DNA from: Corallochytrium limacisporum Hawaii
Taxonomy: Eukaryota > Protista > Pluriformea
Assembly (NCBI GenBank): GCA_002811645.1
Contig: PDIP01000017.1
Coordinates: 124,001-188,000, forward strand
DNA length: 64,000 nt
Direction of reading: 5' to 3'
A program made the translations under genes and the position numbers. Of this stretch, positions 1 to 9,868 are shown piece after piece. Under the pieces are notes generated by a model that made no database searches, was not told where the DNA came from, and saw only the letters and a list, made by a program, of their open reading frames with translations. Each line of letters begins with the position of its first letter. The stretch's first letter is position 1.

Positions 1-536
1 GCAGATTACCTGTTTGTTCCCTGTTGGGATCGTCCTCTAGTGCTCATCTACGAATCTAAGGTACTTTGCGGTAGCCATGTACGGACGAAATTTGGGCTAT
101 ATGGCCAGATTCACTGCTCAGGGAAGCCACACTCTATTGCGCCTCTAGCAGGTGACGGCGGTGTCTTGGACAGAGTTGCGATCTCTATGGGCGCAAACCT
201 CATCGCGTTGGTGAAATTGTTTCCTGACCAGAAGACGCATTTAGAGTATGAACCCCTTTCAGAAGCCGCCAAGAAGGCCAGCCCGTATCACGCGACCCAT
301 TGGGGAGAACGGAACGCCAGTTAAACGGGCACGATATCGCACCTTTTCCCTAAGTTGAACAGAAGAGTCCCATCTGGGACTGGACAAAGAGACGGCAAAT
401 CATAATTACAATGGATCACGGCGCTGGAGCATGGCCTGCGATTTGATATGACATTTGTATTGATGTATTGCTACATGATGATTGTTCTTTATGGTGAAAG
501 GAAATTTTGGTTCGGTTGTCTGATTGCACAGGTGGG

Positions 537-3113
537 TTAGATACGGTCCACCATCTCAACCTGGCTGATGTGTTCAACCTTCCTAGAAGACTGTTTCCGG
601 AAGAGCACACCGACAACAACCATTGCCAGCAGGATAACTCCACCAAGCACAGCACCGAAGATGATCATAAAGTCGCCCCAGTCCTCTTGATTCTCAACGT
701 CTGCCTGCAAATCAGTCTCAGACGCGGGAAGGAGAACACTACGGGTCCAGCTGTCTAGAGGGTCCGACGGTTGGACAGAGGTCAGGGGAAGAACCTTTGG
801 GGGGTCGTACCAGCTCCACGTGTCAGCGGCACTCACATGAATATTAAGACCACGGTTCGCGGGCACATCGAGGATCGCGGTAGAGTCCGGGCCGTATGCG
901 GGTTCGAAATCCACATAGTGCAAATCCGTGTTGAACAGGAATCCAGTAAGGTGAATAGTGCATGTGCCGTTTTCAGCAGATACCAAAACAGTTCGGACAT
1001 CACCCGATTCGTCATCAAAGCTGACAGTAGCAGTAGGTTTGCAATAGTATTGATCCTCACGACGAAGGTATTCCTTGTACATTTCATCGTGGCGTGCAGT
1101 AAGCAGAGGAAGGCTCATCTTAGGGTAGATCCCGCCAATCACGTTTGCAACCCAGTGGCTGAGTAGGGAGTGAACGGTATTATGGCTCTCAAACAAAGGA
1201 TCCCACATTGTGATGTCATCGCAGCCCTCTTCCTTTTGGTCAGGACCGACAGCGTCCGTGCAGCCGTCACCAACACGGGTTCTCAGGTTGGCCTGATGGA
1301 ACATATTTGCGTCGATGAAATTCTGCATCGCAGTTAGACCGACCCGGACGCCTTCACGACGCATGTTCTCAACGTGACCGAGAGCTTCCCCGAACAAGGC
1401 TTCGTACGTGGCCTCATTGTCCTGTACTGTTGTAGAGGTAAAGAAGACCTCCGAGGGGTCCCGCTTCATGATGTACATTCCGTCGAAACCATTGCGTTCG
1501 TAGCTGGTGACCCACCCGTGCCATGGATAGTTGTCATTGGTGATTCCAGTGGACTTGTCATCCACAAGTACACGGATACCATTATCGTACATGCTCTTCA
1601 GAGCGTATCCATTGAAGAGACCAGAAATGCGTGGGGTAACGAGACCATTGGAGCTATGGTAAGGGTGGTCATAGAGACCGACCGCCCAGTCGATGCGATT
1701 CGACAACCTGAGTTCCGCATCGGCGTCAAATGCAGTGACATTGTCCAATTCAAGATGACTGAAAGTGTGCGTAACCCAATAGAACCAAGATTGAACTTCA
1801 TCGCTCTGACTGTAGGCCCACACGGCGTCATTATTGACCCAACTCTGTACGTGTGCATCTTCAAAATGATCAGGAATGTTGTCAGCGCCATGGAAATTTT
1901 TCTTGGGCCCGCTATAAGGGACACCATTGCAGTAACAATATATGTTTACCCCGATGTCGGTATCGAGAGGAGCTCTCCATCCAACGCAGGGCATGTCCGA
2001 GATCCACGGTAGCTCTACTGATTCATTTTCATAGTCACGCCGGAACTGATAGGAAATTCCTCCGGCCTGTAGCATACCGTTGTGATTGTAGGCCATTTCC
2101 ATCTTGAAGTCTGATCCGGCCGGCAGTTTTGGATGCGTAGATAATGCGTCCTGAAATTCTTTGGCACGCTTCAAGTCGTATTGGCTTGTGCGATACAGAA
2201 TATCTTCCGTGCTGGATTTGGTTCGCAAGAATACATCATCAACTTGTGTGCTTAGACGAATGCGGCGGCTACCCAAAAAGGCACCTTTGACCACCCAGTC
2301 AATCAAGAAGTGATTCAGAGCCATGATGTCTGTAGAAACTAGCCAACCCGAGCTCATGTAAGAGCTCATAACCTCACGCCCAGTGTCAGGTTCATTGAAG
2401 TAGTTAACTAGAATTGTTTCCTCATTCCATTTGTTTGGATACTTATCGTAAGGATCCAGTGTGAAAATGGCCTTAGCAGTGCGGAGATCCTCGGTATCGT
2501 TGCGAATGGCAGGTACATAGTATGGACGCGAGCCGTCACGTGTGGTCTCGGATGTGAACGTCAAGGAGGTGTAAGCTTGCAGCACTCGATTGATGGCCTG
2601 GCCATCTGGGGTCATGCGAGCGATGGGTGGACAATCCCGAACTGTAAGATCATACCCGAATGGAGATTCAATCACCTCGTCATCACACTCATCTGGCGCA
2701 GGAGACGTCAAGTACTCCGTCTTGGGAGGTTGTCCCAACTCCAACATGCGTACACCGAATTCCCGCTGATACTCCCGAATTTCTTCTATTTTGTCATCTG
2801 GGAGGGCGTTATAAAACCCATCATCATACTCATATGTGGAGGGTGTCCATATGATCGCACTGTACCGAGCATGGCCGTCAGCCGCCCGGAGGTTCAGGTC
2901 CATCGGGTCGAAACGGTTGTTGCGGTCCAAGTATTTATAATCATGAGGCATACCCCAGCCTTCAAGCAGAACTGCATCGTAGGCGAGGGAGCTATCTGCC
3001 TCTCCGATAACACCGTTCATATTGTGGACATCGCCGCCAAGAACTAGGACCCGAAGGTCGACCAACTTGGCGACTATTCCAGTGACTAAGCTAAAGAAGA
3101 GGGGGATCTTCAT
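537..3113 (-). CDS. Agd3-like carbohydrate deacetylase (CE18 family) with signal peptide and C-terminal TM anchor
   Basis: 858-aa ORF. Hydrophobic N-terminus MKIPLFFSLVTGIVA. Motifs RRIRLSTQVDDVFL, HTFSH, GLVTPRISGL and MFHQANLR match the Aspergillus Agd3 family. TM segment FMIIFGAVLGGVILLAMVVVGVLF is followed by a short basic tail. Confidence 0.8.
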   Translation of the reverse strand: MKIPLFFSLVTGIVAKLVDLRVLVLGGDVHNMNGVIGEADSSLAYDAVLLEGWGMPHDYKYLDRNNRFDPMDLNLRAADGHARYSAIIWTPSTYEYDDGFYNALPDDKIEEIREYQREFGVRMLELGQPPKTEYLTSPAPDECDDEVIESPFGYDLTVRDCPPIARMTPDGQAINRVLQAYTSLTFTSETTRDGSRPYYVPAIRNDTEDLRTAKAIFTLDPYDKYPNKWNEETILVNYFNEPDTGREVMSSYMSSGWLVSTDIMALNHFLIDWVVKGAFLGSRRIRLSTQVDDVFLRTKSSTEDILYRTSQYDLKRAKEFQDALSTHPKLPAGSDFKMEMAYNHNGMLQAGGISYQFRRDYENESVELPWISDMPCVGWRAPLDTDIGVNIYCYCNGVPYSGPKKNFHGADNIPDHFEDAHVQSWVNNDAVWAYSQSDEVQSWFYWVTHTFSHLELDNVTAFDADAELRLSNRIDWAVGLYDHPYHSSNGLVTPRISGLFNGYALKSMYDNGIRVLVDDKSTGITNDNYPWHGWVTSYERNGFDGMYIMKRDPSEVFFTSTTVQDNEATYEALFGEALGHVENMRREGVRVGLTAMQNFIDANMFHQANLRTRVGDGCTDAVGPDQKEEGCDDITMWDPLFESHNTVHSLLSHWVANVIGGIYPKMSLPLLTARHDEMYKEYLRREDQYYCKPTATVSFDDESGDVRTVLVSAENGTCTIHLTGFLFNTDLHYVDFEPAYGPDSTAILDVPANRGLNIHVSAADTWSWYDPPKVLPLTSVQPSDPLDSWTRSVLLPASETDLQADVENQEDWGDFMIIFGAVLGGVILLAMVVVGVLFRKQSSRKVEHISQVEMVDRI

Positions 3114-5069
3114 TTTGATATATGTGCCTTGAGTAGTAGGCGGGGTGTTCAGGCTCCCGATGACACGCCCTGCGAACTAAATTCTTGATAGGACTTCGCC
3201 TCAATAGACCTATACGTCACAGTCTTCCACTGAAGCTGATGCTCAGCGGATGAACTGACGTGATCAATCACAAATACCCATACGGCCCTAGACAACCGCG
3301 CTAGCAGTACGTCGTCAATTCAATAGCGGCTGGGCGGCCTATGACCGTATTTCTGATATATTTTGTGATATATTTTGCTAGTTGTCTATACAATCTTCTT
3401 ATCTTGCGTACTCCGTGTCAAGTACAGACATCTCTATTCCCTGACCAGTAGAGTCAAATACAAGCCTGGTGGATACAAAGCATCCGGCTTTTCCCCCCTC
3501 CGGTCCCCAACCCAGCGGGTCAGTTTTTCGCTCCCTCCGCCCCCCCCCCCCTTTTTACCTGTTTCGCAGTGTGCCAAGTATGCCAAGTATCCATAACGTT
3601 TGGCGATCACATTGCAGACGTGCATAGCTGGGATGTCATACTCTTGCACCGGTTAACAATCGCATACAGGGGGACATTGGTTACCGGTCCCTCCCCCCCC
3701 CCAACCACACGTGAAGGCATCGGCCCATTTTTTTTTCTCCTTTTCGCTTGCGCGTTCGGAGGGGGGTGGCAACCGTCCCCGTTTCCCCTCTCTGTTCGTT
3801 CCATTTCTCTAGCTCGGTTTCATTTTTCCTTAGGCAACCCGCCCTCCCGCCGCTCCCCGTCTGTATGGTTGCGCACTCGCCCACGCCATCTTTTGATTTT
3901 CTTGCCCTTCGGTACCCCATTTGTCTCTACGGCCTGCTCATGCATCCAACGGTCCGCTGCGTACCTGCAGGCTTGCACTGCTGGAACCAGCATTCCGACC
4001 GGAGCACGAGTCGCTGGTCCATGAAATGAAAATAGCTTACATGTAAACATCTGGTTGCATGTCCCTGTATGACATCCTAGAGAAGACGGAATCGCTCAAA
4101 CACAAGACAATGAGACACAAGTTTATGCATGTGATCCCAAGTCGTGGTAGTCATCGGAACACAGTGGCTACTGCTGCGTAACCATGTCGGTTAAAATTGC
4201 GAGAACTTACGAACTACTGCTGCATTCACTGTTAGTTTCGTTCCGATGTTGATCTATTCTTGGCGTGGCGCAGATTTGGTGCTTGGGCCCTGGTTACTCT
4301 GGAGAAGCCACGGGAATCTCAACTTTGCTGCGTGCACTACGTGCCAAAGCTGAGACAAAGTCCGGCCTATTCTGACAAAATTGGACCCACTGAGACCCAC
4401 AACGTACCGCTCTTCACCCGATTCCCAAATTTCAAAACTGAACATACCACATCAGTTCTAAAAGAGGGGTGCGAAATTAGCGAACAGAAGGACCCGGTTG
4501 GAGTCTGTCCTCCCCTAGTGTCTCTTTTGCTCATCACCCTCAGATTCGGTCTCTGTGATTGCCAACATGCTTACTCATGCTCATTTGCATCTTAGTATTG
4601 TATAGTCTTTTCCTCTCGCCTGAGAGAGCAATGTCGCCAAGAGGCGAGGGCTACGCGAGTGATGTGGAGTTCTGTATGTATTGAGTTGTTCCAGAAGTAA
4701 TTCCGTTTAAGATCTGTGTAGTTTACTATAAGTCGTAAGAGAGTGAACATGTTTCTGAATGTTAGTTGACATGCTCCATAATGAGACATGAATTGGGATA
4801 TAGAGAAAAGATAGAACCTCAATCGAGATGCTCAGTAAAATATCACGCAAAAACTTCTGTGTGCTTCAAGGGGTGTTCGGACACAGTTTGGGTAAGCGTG
4901 TTCACTTTCGTCCTGTTTTCCACGCGGTGTATCTTGCGCTGGCAGGATAATGCGCAATCACCGAAGGATAGCACAGGACTTGGTATGGGTAGACCATCTA
5001 CAATCGAGTTTGTTCTCTTCTTTGCTACAACCGATATCAGTGGAAATGGATACTTACAATTATTCTTTT

Positions 5070-6153
5070 CTAGTTACCGAGCATGGCGTCGTTGACGTCC
5101 CCAGGTTTGTAGCAACCAGTGCCGCCCAGGCCGCAGTAGCCACCAGGGTTCTTGGCAAGATACTGTTGATGGTAGTCTTCGGCAAAGTGGTATGTGGGAG
5201 CAGGCTTGATCTCGGTCACGATCTGACCATATCCCTCTGCGGCAAGGCGCTTATTGAACTCAGCCTTGGTCATCTCAATCTGCTTCTTTTGCTCATCGTT
5301 GTAGTAATACGCGGCGCTTCGATACTGAGTGCCGACGTCATTGCCCTGACGGTTCAGAGTGGTGGGATCGTGATTTCCCCAGAAGATGTCCAGGAGGGCC
5401 TTGTAGGTAGTCTTCTTGGGATCGAAGACGATACGGACAACCTCGGCGTGATTTGTTGTACCGGAGCAGACTTGCTCGTATGTGGGGTTCTCAGTTTTAC
5501 CACCAGCGTAGCCAACAGAGGTGCTGATGATACCCTCCTTGTGCTGCCAGAACTTGCGCTCAGCGCCCCAGAAGCAGCCCATACCAAACATGGCGAAGTC
5601 GTAGTCTTTGAACTCGTCGTCCAGGGGGGCATCCAGCACGAAGTGCTTGCTGGGCACGGCATTAGTTCCCTTGCTCATGGTCGGTTCGTGGGAGGTCTTG
5701 CGTCCAGTAATAGATTTGAAAATAAAGTTCATGTCAGTTATGTGAATTCGTCTCGTTTGTCTAACACTATGTTGTGTCAAAGATCTCAGTGGGTGTAGGC
5801 TGTGGTTGACAAAAATGAAATAGCATACGGAAAAGTTAGTAAACCTGCACAAAAAGAGACATGGTGTCGTCTAACGTCCTGTAGTGAATACACAGCCTTA
5901 GCCACATGGGAGATATCTTTGAGCAAAAACAACTAGTAACCTACCTGCTCAAGAAACAAATGAGTGAAGGACCCATTCATAAATGCAATGACCATTGCAA
6001 TGCTGAGCACCGCGACGTAGGTCACCCACTTTGGTGTTCCAGGTCGTTCAGTTGCAGCAGGAGACATCTTGTCTTGTGTTGTGCCCGTGTGTCCAACAGG
6101 TTCCTGAAACCAGGAGCTGCTACTTACCTTCTTGTCGCTAACAACGTTGTCAT
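5070..6153 (-). CDS. msrA: Peptide methionine sulfoxide reductase A; 2 exons (6153-6128, 5799-5070), 251 aa with predicted mitochondrial presequence
   Basis: Catalytic GCFWG, plus GYAGG, HDPTTLNRQGNDVGTQYRS and AEDYHQQYL. Donor AG|GTAAGT at 6127, branch TACTAAC at 5841-5835 and acceptor CAG at 5800 join in frame (phase 2) to give MTTLLATRSLHPLRSLTQHSVRQTRRIH. Confidence 0.92.
5800..6127 (-). other. Spliceosomal GT-AG intron of msrA (328 nt, phase 2)
   Basis: GTAAGTA donor, TACTAAC branch point, pyrimidine tract and CAG acceptor; splicing restores an in-frame ATG. Confidence 0.75.
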
Positions 6154-7863
6154 TCTTTTGGAAGAAAAGATCGTGATGCTGACTCACTGTCGCTTCACCT
6201 GCAGTGCTTAAATACCTCTGCACACCACTACTTAAAGCAGCTTCAGCACTCGGCATCATCCGTGAGCTCGCTCATTGGCCGATTGACGTTGTGCTATGGC
6301 TCCTCCTGTATGTGTTCTTCCGCAACATCCGTACGATCCTTGACAGGGCCCGTCTGCGTGCTGCCGCAGCTACGTGCACACGGGTGCGGTGCTCTCTACT
6401 GCGTGCCCTTTGCCAGCAACCCAAACCCCAGTTTCCACCGAGTGAGGCAAAGCCTGGGAGGAATGTTTTGGGAGGGAGCCAGTATAATGTACACTTTCTG
6501 GAAGGGGGCAAGAGTTGGACGGCATTTGTATCGGGCCCCCACCCCATTTTCTTGGCACTGGTACGCATGGAAGCGGGGCGGCCGGAGGGGCACGGTAAGC
6601 CCCCAGGGCCTCACTATACCGGACGAGGCGCCTCCAATAGTGAGCATGGGCTGGTTTCGTACCCATACCGGCGAGAAGGAAACAGTTAAATTCACTACAT
6701 GCTTCTTCACCAACGGGACGGGTTTGGGGTACGTTTGGTTAGGTATATTAAGTACTGGATTCCGAAACAGTTTCCAAACACGGCGGGGGAGGGGTTTGCC
6801 GTATGGACTCACCCGCTTCCCAGTCACATAGTAGCCCGGCCAATCTCGCCAAGGAAATTTCTTCACGGCCCAGAGGGGCTCTCCGATTGTGGTTTGGTAC
6901 GTTTACTATGGAATAGGGAGGGTATTGGGCCCATACTGAGTGTTCAGAATATTTTTCTAAAGTGACGACCAAGCGGCACACGACGGGCCCATCCCTGCGA
7001 CGAAAATTGGGAAGGGGTCAATAAAACTCAAAGCATCGATCGGGCCTCTCTGTCGTCCTTTCGGTCTCTTCGCATGTTGTCACGATCTGGTTCGAAGGGA
7101 CGTGCTCAGACATCCAAGCCCCCTCCTCTTGTTGATGTCTGAGTCCTTGATGATGTGTACAGTAGTGGGCCCAATGGAAGGCGACTAAGAAAGTGTTTGT
7201 AAGGATGTGGCACCAGCTACGCATTGAAGGGATCGATGGTTACCATCGCCGTTTCGTCATAGTCCACCATTACTGTTTAGGTCATGCGCCGTCACTGCCA
7301 GGCAAATACAATATAGGTCGAGACCAGATCACTCCCAGAGTTGGAACAATGTCGGGTTGCTGGTGCTCATGCTACTCATGTGCTTGTTGGCGGCTGTTGT
7401 TAATATATGGGCGCGCACCGTTATTCGTGTTGAGATGCGGAACAATTCAAAATCAATATTATTGCCAGCCAGTTCGGACTCCTCCTACCTCAATGAATGG
7501 AATGCCGGAGATAGGTGACAGCTCTGCAAGAAAAAACAAAAGTGGAACCGGGGCACGGAAAGGGCCAGCAAAAGGTCATACTGGGATTATTGTTCGCGTT
7601 AGTCGGCCGTATCGCTACCTTTGTTTTGCAGCAGTGAGTCGCGCTGACCGCACGCAGCGGGTGTTGAGGAATGTTTTTGTTGATGGCTAGGGGAAGGGGC
7701 AGTATTGACGGATAACCAGCTGCGGGCCTCTGAGTGCTCGCCCGATACTTAGGTCCTGCCGGGTAGGACGTATTTCGGGAAATGCATCGGGGGAGGTTGT
7801 TCGTGTAAAATGGGCCGATCATCAGTTCATTTACTCACTGTGCGTGACACAGCAACTGCAAAG

Positions 7864-8814
7864 ATGGCAGCGAACGATATTGTGATCACCGAGACACACA
7901 TCGTCGACAATGTCCTGGCCACACGCTGTCGCCTTGGCGAAGGTCCGCATTGGGATCCGATCTCGCACTGTCTCTTCTTTGTAGACATTTCAAACAAGCG
8001 GGTCCACCGGTATGACCCCTCTTACAAGAAACTCGACTATTTTGAGTTTGAAGAGACTGCCACTAGCGTACACACAGTCAAGGATCACAAGAATTTGTTG
8101 TGTGTTACCTTGGCCAAGAATGTTGTACTGTATGACATGGCGACAAAGACAATTGTGAAGGAGCTTATCACAATTCCAGGAAGTGACAAGTGGGGATATG
8201 GAGTGCGCATCAATGACTGCAAATGTGACCCGAAAGGCCGTCTGCTGATTGGTACGAAGAGTGTTAATGACGGTTCCATCGGCGGTCTGTACGTCCTGGA
8301 CTTGGTCAGTGGTGGTCAGCCGCAGCTGAAGCAGCTGATCAACGGGGCATTGATTGGCAATGGCCTGGGTTGGACTCCTGATGGCAAAACGTTCTTTTGG
8401 ACCGACACTCTGAAACAGAAGATATGGAAGTATCCGTACAATGTTGAGACCGGCACCTTCGCTGGCGACCCGACTGTGCTCTACGACTTCTCCGCACAGG
8501 GCTACCACCCTGATGGATTGGCTGTGGACAGCAATGGGGATATCTGGTCCGCGATTTGGGGTGCTTCCTGTCTGGTGAAGATTGACGGCAAGACTGGAGA
8601 TGCTCTGGATGAAATTAAGATGCCGGTACCTCAACCAACTAGCTGCTGCTTTGCATCTAAAGGATTGGAAGAGATGTACGTAACAACTGCATCCGTATCT
8701 CTGGATGAAGACAAGCTTGCGGAACACGTGCAGAGTGGGGACGTTTTCAAGATCACTGTCGGTGTTTCGGGTACTCCTTGCAGCCAATTTGTTGTCAACA
8801 CTGCAGCATTGTAG
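7864..8814 (+). CDS. SMP-30/gluconolactonase/regucalcin family protein
   Basis: Motifs LGEGPHW, RINDCKCDPKGRL, IGNGLGWTPD, PDGLAVDSNG and PTSCCF. ATG 7864 (aagATGg) preferred over 7810. Confidence 0.92.
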   Translation: MAANDIVITETHIVDNVLATRCRLGEGPHWDPISHCLFFVDISNKRVHRYDPSYKKLDYFEFEETATSVHTVKDHKNLLCVTLAKNVVLYDMATKTIVKELITIPGSDKWGYGVRINDCKCDPKGRLLIGTKSVNDGSIGGLYVLDLVSGGQPQLKQLINGALIGNGLGWTPDGKTFFWTDTLKQKIWKYPYNVETGTFAGDPTVLYDFSAQGYHPDGLAVDSNGDIWSAIWGASCLVKIDGKTGDALDEIKMPVPQPTSCCFASKGLEEMYVTTASVSLDEDKLAEHVQSGDVFKITVGVSGTPCSQFVVNTAAL

Positions 8815-9518
8815 GAAACTGGTATGTTAACGTCTGGAGAAATGTAAATCTTCTGTTGGCGCAACCAATTCAGCCACATTGTCCAGGGCACCAGCGTACC
8901 AGAGGGGCAAACTGATGTTGTCCAAAGATATTCATTCTCCTCAAAACATTCACAACGTTCGTCCGACGTTCTGTTTCAACGCAGACAGTCGCAGTAGGCA
9001 GGATCCACCAAGAGGCCATTTGTATCGAGCCGTCGAGGCGAGAGCCATGTTCGTGAACTGGCCGGGTGGTGAGACTGTTGTATTCTTCAATAAACGCAAC
9101 ATACAGGGTTGTTTGATCAAGCGTATATCTTGTGCAATGTGCGCACGGCAAGGTTGGGCTAACCGACAGGTAAAAAAAAAGGTTGCTGCTGTCTGGTATT
9201 CCTAGTTCCGCCCCATTTCCCAGGGCCAGGAAATAAGAAGACAGCTGTTAAAGTGGACGGCAGTGATACTACTTGCAAATGGCTCTTTGAGAACAGGATG
9301 ACAGAAACGGATATCCAACGGTACGTAGACCCCTTGAACATTCTGCCGGGTACATCTGTGTTTCTGGATCACATCCTGCTTCTCCCCTTCGCTACCATCT
9401 GCGTGGAGAGGACAAGGGTCCACAATTCCATACCCAATGTACCTATCCTGGTTTCAACAGTACTACATATATGTATTTTTCGTCACCGCTTTCAGCGCAA
9501 GCAAGCGTCAACCGCCTA

Positions 9519-9638
9519 GCATTGTTGGTCTAGTGGTATGATACTCGCCTGCCACGCGGGTGACCCGGGTTCGATATCTGAAAACGAATATTTGAGTATG
9601 CAAATACTCCTTCTTAGACGGAAGTCCCGGACAATGCA
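9519..9638 (+). tRNA. tRNA-Gly(GCC), 71 nt mature, with a non-canonical 49-nt intron at position 59/60 (exons 9519-9575 and 9625-9638)
   Basis: Acceptor stem GCATTGT/ACAATGC with discriminator A. D arm GTC-TAGTGGTAT-GAT. Anticodon stem CTCGC/GCGGG with loop CT-GCC-AC. T stem CCGGG/CCCGG. Removing 9576-9624 restores the T loop TTCGATT. Oligo-T terminator starts 5 nt downstream. Confidence 0.93.
9576..9624 (+). other. tRNA intron in the T-loop with bulge-helix-bulge junctions
   Basis: Central 4-bp helix UUCG(9570-9573)/CGGA(9619-9622). Two 3-nt bulges, AU^A (9574-9576) and AG^U (9623-9625). Flanking helices are the T stem and UCUGA(9577-9581)/UUAGA(9614-9618). Confidence 0.88.
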
Positions 9639-9642
9639 CGGA

Positions 9643-9652
9643 TTTTTTTTTT
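9643..9652 (+). terminator. RNA polymerase III oligo-T terminator of tRNA-Gly
   Basis: T10 run just after the tRNA 3' exon, followed by further T runs up to about 9683. Confidence 0.85.
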
Positions 9653-9868
9653 GGTTTTTTATTCTTGTTTTTTTTTTTTTTTTGTTCTGGTGCATTACCA
9701 GTTCTCATAGTGAATATACGGCAACACGCTGCGTCGACATAAATATCAAACAGTGCTTAAAAATCATGAATAATCAATTTATGGGCACTGTGAAAATATA
9801 TGCCATGGTGGAATGATGATCGATGATGAAGATGATCGATGATGGTTTAGTTGCCAGATGGACGAGCA

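Noticed and set aside
895-915. GGTTCGAAATCC, a B-box or T-loop-like string
   Set aside because: It is antisense within the Agd3-like CDS and has no cloverleaf around it. Other GTTCRA hits checked (about 7089, 15693, 44909, 52820, 57997) also lack tRNA arms.
9519-9590. Reading the tRNA-Gly as a 3'-truncated pseudogene or SINE head
   Set aside because: The missing 3' T-stem and acceptor strand are present 49 nt downstream, perfectly complementary, with exact BHB geometry.
9508-9816. ORF-track ORFs 9538-9816 (+) and 9508-9708 (-)
   Set aside because: They overlap the tRNA gene and its poly-T terminator; the poly-Phe and poly-Lys translations are artefacts.
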